Shown here: positions 57,130-64,000 of the stretch, piece after piece | Numbering within the stretch: position 1 is the stretch's first letter | Layout: every line of letters begins with the position of its first letter | Assembly: GCA_028534125.1 (NCBI GenBank) | Contig: CM052818.1 | Location: 41,046,001 to 41,110,000, forward strand | Length of the DNA: 64,000 nucleotides | Direction of reading: 5' to 3' | DNA from: Lama glama | Lineage: Eukaryota | Notes under the pieces: generated by a model | What the model saw: only the letters and a program-made list of their open reading frames with translations | Told to the model about the DNA's origin: nothing | Database searches by the model: none | Program-made: the position numbers and the translations under genes

Positions 57130-58620
57130 GCTCACATCCTTGTCTTATTTAGAGCAGGGTAAATATACTTATTAACATTCATCTTCATTAAGTGCACATG
57201 TTAAGGTGTTTTAGAATGACTACTAAAACAAAGAAGGGGAAACTTAAAAAAAAATCTCCTTCCCCTCTCCCTCCAAAAAGAAATGAGGAAATAAAAGAGG
57301 CAGAAAATTAGGAGAAATAGCACAAAATATGATAGAATTTTATCTCCAAGTGCAAATATATCCAAATATATCAGTAATTCAAACAAATGAAAAATAAATG
57401 GTCTAATTTCTCCATTTGAAAGGCAAATGTATCAGATTGGAAAAATAATACAAAATGAGGCTATATGTTTTTATAGATGTCTCACCTAAAACATAAGGAT
57501 ACAAAAAAAAAAAAAAACAGTAAGAGCATGGAAAAGACATAAAAGACAAAAACAAACCCAAAAGATGCTGGGTTAGCTATTTTAACACCAGAAGGCTTCA
57601 AGGCAAAAATGTTGCTAGTAATAAATGCTTCAATTATATCAGGAAGATATAATTCTAAACTTGTTTCCTTTAAGAAGGCATACACAAAACTTGATAGAAT
57701 TCAAGGGAGAAATGGATTTATCTGTCATGATAGATGGAGGTTATAACATGTTTCTCAGTATATGAGTTCAGACAAAAATATATCAGTAAGGATCCACAAA
57801 ATTTGAATATTACAAATAATAATCTTGATCTAATGAATATATATGGAATATTGTTCCTAATAATTCCTAATAATTGGAAACCTTTTCAAGTACATCTGGG
57901 ATATTTAGGAAAACTGACCATATACTAGGCCATAAAGTGTGATCAATACATTTCAAATAAGTCATACTATGTTAGGAATCAATAACTAAAAGCATACTAA
58001 GAAAAATGCATCCAGAAAAGGAAAAATAGACTTTGAAATGAGTCAGATATTAAAGAACTAAACATTATAAGCTAAGCATTCAACTCCAACAGTTAGGAAA
58101 ACATAAAAAATCCAGAGAAAGTAGAATAAAGGAACTGGTAATAATGAAGTAAAATTAACGAAATTTAAAAATGAAGATGCAGTTGAAGGAATCAGTAAAG
58201 ACAAAAGTTAGTTTTTGTATAAAAATTGACAAACAACATTGGCAAGATTGATCAGTAAAAAGAATGAAGGTACAAAAAATATTAAGAGTAAAAAGAGGAT
58301 GTAAATGTGTTGTAGAAGTTAAACAAATAATGTAAGGATGTTATGAATAATTTTATGCTCATAAATAAAGCTTAGATTAAATTTAAAAATTCTAGAAAAA
58401 TTAAATTACCTAGGAAGAAGTTGAAAACCTAAATATTCCTATAACAATAGAAAAACACCAGGCCAAAATGGCCATGCCAAAGGGATCTACCAATCATTGA
58501 AAGAAGAAATAATCCCCAAATTTCACAAGCAATCTCCCAAAATAGTAAACACAAAATAAAACCAAAAAAGGAATAGTCTGAACTCCTTTTATGAAGTGAC
58601 AAAGTTCTGATGATAGACAC
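57130..58620 (+). mobile_element. Degraded L1 ORF2 (endonuclease to RT region) fragment
   Basis: A-rich L1 text: aatggtctaatttctccatttgaaaggca...tcagattgg, ctgaccatatactaggccataaa, aaaattgacaaac...ggcaagattgatc. No intact ORF. Confidence 0.8.
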
Positions 58621-60020
58621 GAAAGCAAGAAGCAATTAAGACAATGAGCAGGACTCCCGTGAGGGACACGTGAGGGACACATGTAGGACATGGGTAAGAC
58701 GAAACAGCAAAGTAAGGGAGATGTATTTATATTTTTGTTATTGTTGTTGTTAAGGGGAATATCATGGCATTTTGTTTTGTTTTTAGTGTAGATATGGTGC
58801 TCACAAAAAATAAATGGTCCCTCTGTGTCTCATTCTAAATCTCCCAAAGTTGACTGTAAGAGGTATGCAGTTCTCCTCAAGGTCAAAATTTTGCCCTTCG
58901 TGCAACATTCTAATTCTTAGGTTTCTTTGTGCATTTCTGTTTTTAAATTATGTGTCCTATGAACAAATTAATAATATAATTAATTTATAATATTTATGAT
59001 AGTTAATGAATTAAATTTGAACCTAATTCCTTTGATGAAAATGTAGCTTCACTGTCCTTTGTAAATGATTAGCTTTCCCCAAAGTTCTCCTCCATTCACT
59101 TAGATTCTTCTCCTCTTTCAAAGTGCAGTTTATTACCTGAATCTTCCTGAGTGGTCTCTCCAACTATTCTTGTTCCTGTGGATCGTGTTTTCCTTAAAAA
59201 AAAATCATGGTTGCTCTTATTGTGTCTACCAAATCTGCAATCCAATTTACTGTAGTTAATTCACCAGGTGATTAGCTTGCTCAGCTTTGCTAGAATCTTT
59301 TCCCCACAGATTTCCAGTTGGCTGAATATCAATGTTTCATGGAATTCATATTGGAGAATGCAAAGTCTCAAAATTCAAGGGGTGTTTTTCCTTAAATATC
59401 ATTCTCAATTTTTGCAGGCTTAAACTCTGAATCTGTCTCTGCCTCTCAGAGTTAAATGGCTATGAGAAACCAGTTTAAGGCGCTTGGCAGTTTTTGATGA
59501 ATTGGTCATTTAGCAAACTATTTGGAAGATTGATGTTTTGGCAAATTCACCTGGAGCCCCCATTTTTTTATGTTCCAGATGCAGCACTCATAAGGAGGCA
59601 TAAAAATGAATAAGAAATGATCTGTCTTTTGAAAAAAGACTTCTTCAAATTTATCTCGCCAGCACTTAGCATACTGTTTAGTAAGTTGTGTGCAGGAAAT
59701 AAATGTTTGTTCAATAAATTAATAAATTAAAACCTCAGTGTCTGGTGAGGTATGCAGGCCATAAATAATTATAATGTAAGTTGATATTCACAACAATAGA
59801 TGTATGTTTAAGGCAACTGCAGATACATAAAGGCTGATGGTGGGATCATGGGTAGAAGAAAGAACTGGAGAAACTTACCAGAGAAGATGTTTCAATAAGA
59901 TCCTAAAGGATGCTGTATGTATTTGCAAAAACATGTAAGAAGTAAATAAGGGAGAGAGGTCATTCCAAAGAGAAAGACCCTTTGGAACGTGGGATGGGGA
60001 CCAGGAAGTATGCTCATGAA

Positions 60021-60551
60021 TATATCATTTTCTATTGCTGCCTAATAGACAACCACAGCCTTAGCAGCTTAACACAACATGCTTTTATTATCTCACAGTT
60101 TTCATGGATCAGCAACGTGGGCATGGCAAACCTGAGTCCTCTGCTCAGGATCAAACAAAGCTGTAATCAAAGTGTCAGGTTACATTCCTTTCTGGAGCTC
60201 AGGATCCTCTTCCAAGTTCGCATGAATGTTAGCAAAATGTATCTTCTTATGGTCATAGAATCAAGGCTCTCAAAACCTAGAGGTCCTGCCATGTGGCCTT
60301 CTCCAGTTACATCATAGTGACTTCCTTCTTTTAGGCCAGCAAGAAAGCCTTTCTAGTGCCTGCAAACAGGACACAGTCATATATCTCATAACCAAATCAT
60401 TGGAATGACGAATCTCACCACCTTTGTAATACAATATAATCTCATTACAGTAATGATTTCCAATAACCTTTGCTACATTATATTGCTTCGAAGCAAGTCA
60501 CAGGTCCTGCTTGAACATTAGGGGGCAGAAATCCTTTAGGGCCACCACCGC
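60021..60551 (-). mobile_element. MaLR LTR (MLT1E/F-like)
   Basis: ttttctattgctgcc...cttagcagcttaacacaacatgcttttattatctcacagttt...gagtcctctgctcagg...gaagcaagtcacaggtcctgc. Confidence 0.75.
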
Positions 60552-61279
60552 GAAGGAGCACGTGATAGGGAAAAAACAGAAAATGAAGCTGCTATTTCCA
60601 AGGATGGCAGGAATCGAATCTTGAAAATACCTGGGTGCCATGTATGGAATCTGAAAGAAATAGAATTAAAGACACACCAAGGCATAAACTTAAGTTAATA
60701 CTTACATCCTTGGAAGGAACCTTTTTTTTTTCAGAAAATTAGCAGTCCAAAACAAGTTTGCAGAGAGAATATGTTAATATGTTGTGGAATACTAAGAATA
60801 TTTGAAAATATGGAACTATTACTTTTAGAGGGAAAAAAAGTAATATATCATTTTAACTTTCTGCTCAGGTCATTTAAATTGGTTCACTTCTAAAGCTTTG
60901 TTAAAAAATGCACAAACTTTGTACAACCTTTCCTGTCTTTGAGTTATACAACATCAGTTTATTCAGGGAAACGTTTTCTAGCTGATCTGTTGGAGCATTA
61001 GAGAATCACAAAGCTCTGACCTGCATGTTGACTTTTTCCTTTGATTTCTCGCTTAAAAAAATAGCTCTAAGGCAAGTGTGTCTGCCACCCACTTGTTCTG
61101 GAGAAACCTTTGCTTTGAGCTTCAAACAGTCAGGTTGAAAGGAATTGCAGTTATACTGGGCTCCTATGTGGACCATAGAAAAATGCAAGACAAGAATGGG
61201 TGTTGATAAATCTGTTGTTCCCTAAAGAGAGACTTTCAATGACCCTCCAGTGATTAGAGTCTAAATATACTTTCCCCAA

Positions 61280-63660
61280 TTTTTTTAAACGATGGGAAAA
61301 GTCATACATATATACAAAAAGACAGAGAGTAGTTTAATGAACATTCATGTTCCCAGCACCCATCTTCCATAATTATCAACATAACAAAAAATTAGCAGTA
61401 ATTCCTCATAATCATCAAATATTCAAACAGTTTTAACATTTTCTTAGTCTCATTTTCTTTTGACAGTTGGATTATTTGAATTAGAATCCTAATAAGATCC
61501 ACACTTTGTGTTTCATCAATAAATTTCAATTCTCTTTTACTCTGTAAGTACTCTCCCGCCTCCTTTTAAAATTTCCATATAAATTTTTTGTTGTTGAGGA
61601 AACTTAGTGATGTGTACTGTCTAGATTTTGCCAATTGCTTCACAATTAAATTTAACTTAACATGCTTCTCTGCCCCCTCTATTGGGTTGAACCAAACGAA
61701 ATTGTATTTTTGTAGTTCCAATGGTCATCAAGTATTGGCCATTTTATTTAGTTCAACTAGGTATTTAGATCTGGAGGTGTAATCAGATTTAGCTTTACAT
61801 TTTTGTCTGGTATACTTCATCGTGGTGAGAATGTCATGTTTTATTACCACAAGTGGAATATAATGGTTGATTTCTTCCTCTTTATGATGTTAAGATTAAT
61901 CAGTGGGCTCAGGGATCATCAGCTTGACCCAGCCATTATAAAGTTCCCTATCAGCTTTTCACTTAATAGATTCAGAGCCATTGATGATCATTGCTTCCAT
62001 CCATTGTTTCATTACAGATTGCAAAGTGGTATTATTCTTCAATAATTGTGATTCTTTAAAGAGGAACTTTCCATCATCAAATATTTGGCTACTATGAGGT
62101 ATAGTTTATACAGGAAAGGCAGGACAAATGCTTGAGTCTCTGAATTTACTTAATATTTTCAGAATTATGTGTTGAATCTTCTAACATCTTCCAGTGGTAA
62201 CCAATTAGCTGTTTTTTTAATTTTTAGAACTATTTAAAAATGATGATTTTAAATCTCATGAAGATATTAATTGATTATGCTACTCAAATGATCCCAATTT
62301 AGTTAGTTCAGAGTTCCTTGAAGTTGGCTTTTGAGTTCTCTTGATATTAATCTCCTGCAGACTTTGATAACTTCCTTGATTTTTCAAAATGAAAAATATT
62401 GTACATTTATTGCCTCAGATTTAGAATCCTCAGTATTGCTTAATTCTGTTCCTAAGTGATTGTGCCATTTGGCATTCACATTAGCAGTGTATGAGACTAT
62501 TTCTCCAAACCCTTACCAAGAAGAATATATTGCTGAACTGTTGAATTTTTGACACTCTGAGAGATGAGAATGGTATCTTTGTAGATTTAATTTGCAGCTC
62601 TCTTATTCTGAATGATGTTAAGCATATTTTCATGTTAAATGGCCGTGTGCATTTCTTTTTCTGTTAAATCTATATTCATATCTCTTGCTCATTTTTTAAT
62701 AGGGTTATTGGAGTTTTCTTCTGTATTAGACTGTTATCTATTTACCATCTTTCTAGTTTAGGAATACCAATCCTTGTCTGTTATGTCTGTTGCAAATAGT
62801 TATCTGTTTGTCATTTGTCTTTTCCACTTTGCTTATGATTTATTTTTGTCATAATTTTAAAATGTTTATCAAATTAATTAATTTCTTTTATTGCTCCTTA
62901 TTTAAATTTATCTTCTTCCAGATTATAGAAAATTTACCAATACTTTTCCCCTAATATTTATATGTTCTCAATTTTTACATTTAAATGCCTTATCTATTGG
63001 TTATTGTCCTGGTCTGTAGGGTGAGAAACAATCCAGTTTAATCTTTTTTTTTTTTTTAAATGATATGACTATCCTGTTAATCCAACTCCACTGATTTGCT
63101 TATTAAATATACTAATACTTAATATCCATATCCACATCCATATGCAACTAGCCCTATTTCTAGGTATTTAATTCTGTTTTATTGATAGGTCTTTCAATCC
63201 ATGTAGCAATATCACATTGTTTTACTCTTAGAGGGTTTATATTTACTGTAAGATAGGGCTAGCCACCTCTTATCCCATCCCATTGCTCTTCCTTTTCAGA
63301 GACATCTTAGCTATTATTGCATTATTTTTTAATAATAAACTTTGTAATAAACTTGTCTAGCTTTAGGAAAAATGATTTTTTTTTTTACTGGGATCACATT
63401 GCATTTATAACTCAGTGAGAATTAGAATCTTTTTTGCATTGTCTTTGTACTCAAGAACATGTCCTTCCATTTGTACAAGTCTACTTTTATGTCCTTGAAG
63501 AGTGTTTTATAGCTTCTTTGTTTTGTTCAGTGGATTTTGAACATTTATTGATAAGTATTTTGCCTGGGTTATTTATTTATTTATATCATAAATGGGAGTT
63601 TTTCCCTTCCATTTTTTCTTCTCATTGAGTTTTGTTTGTGTATGTGCAATAGAGCCTGAA
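61280..63660 (-). mobile_element. Composite old L1 (L1ME-like) antisense fragments
   Basis: T-rich antisense L1 3'UTR/ORF2 text (aggtatagtttatacaggaaaggcaggacaaatgcttga; ttttactgggatcacattgcatttata). Confidence 0.7.
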
Positions 63661-64000
63661 TCATAAACTGACATTCTAAGCCTTCCATTTATCTTTTCTG
63701 TTTTATTATTATACTTGTGCAAACAATCTTCATCTCCAGCAAACTGGTGTACAGTTGCCCCCAGTGAGCCCTATATTTTCTTAATACCTCAGCATTGCTT
63801 AAGTATCCCTCCTACCTTGGTTTTTCCATTTTCCTTCTATTTCATCTTTAATTTCACAAGCCCTTCTATGCCTTCTATGTTCTCTCTTTCACATGTATTT
63901 CCTATGACACTTGTATCTCTATTCACAAGCTATACAGCATAGGTTGGTTTTCAATTACGTTTTAGGGATGTGCTTGTCTGTTTTCTAAGGCAAGCTTATG

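Noticed and set aside
15000..64000. Numerous 60-123 aa ORFs downstream of the gene
   Set aside because: They mostly lie in L1/L2/LTR relics or low-complexity AT-rich DNA, many with non-ATG starts, and show no recognisable domains or exon chains.

Overview
Mammalian genomic DNA (AT-rich, CpG-depleted, rich in interspersed repeats), most likely a camelid given a tRNA-derived SINE tail at ~47.8 kb and an artiodactyl-type L1 3' end. The only protein-coding gene I can support is RAD51AP2 (meiotic RAD51-associated protein 2) on the + strand. It has three coding exons (6774-10035, 10385-10468, 14342-14460; 3465 nt, 1154 aa) behind a small CpG/GC-box promoter at ~6480-6780. The remaining ~49 kb is gene-poor intergenic sequence with ERV/MaLR solo LTRs (several with readable target-site duplications), L1/L2/MIR fragments, hAT DNA-transposon relics and a 500-N scaffold gap. 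I found no convincing novel biological system. The best leads are regulatory: a stop codon that doubles as a poly(A) hexamer, a sense-oriented LTR poly(A) site before the last exon, a well-preserved LTR 4.6 kb upstream, and a possible divergent transcript. Repeat family names and orthologue comparisons come from memory of consensus sequences, not from database searches.
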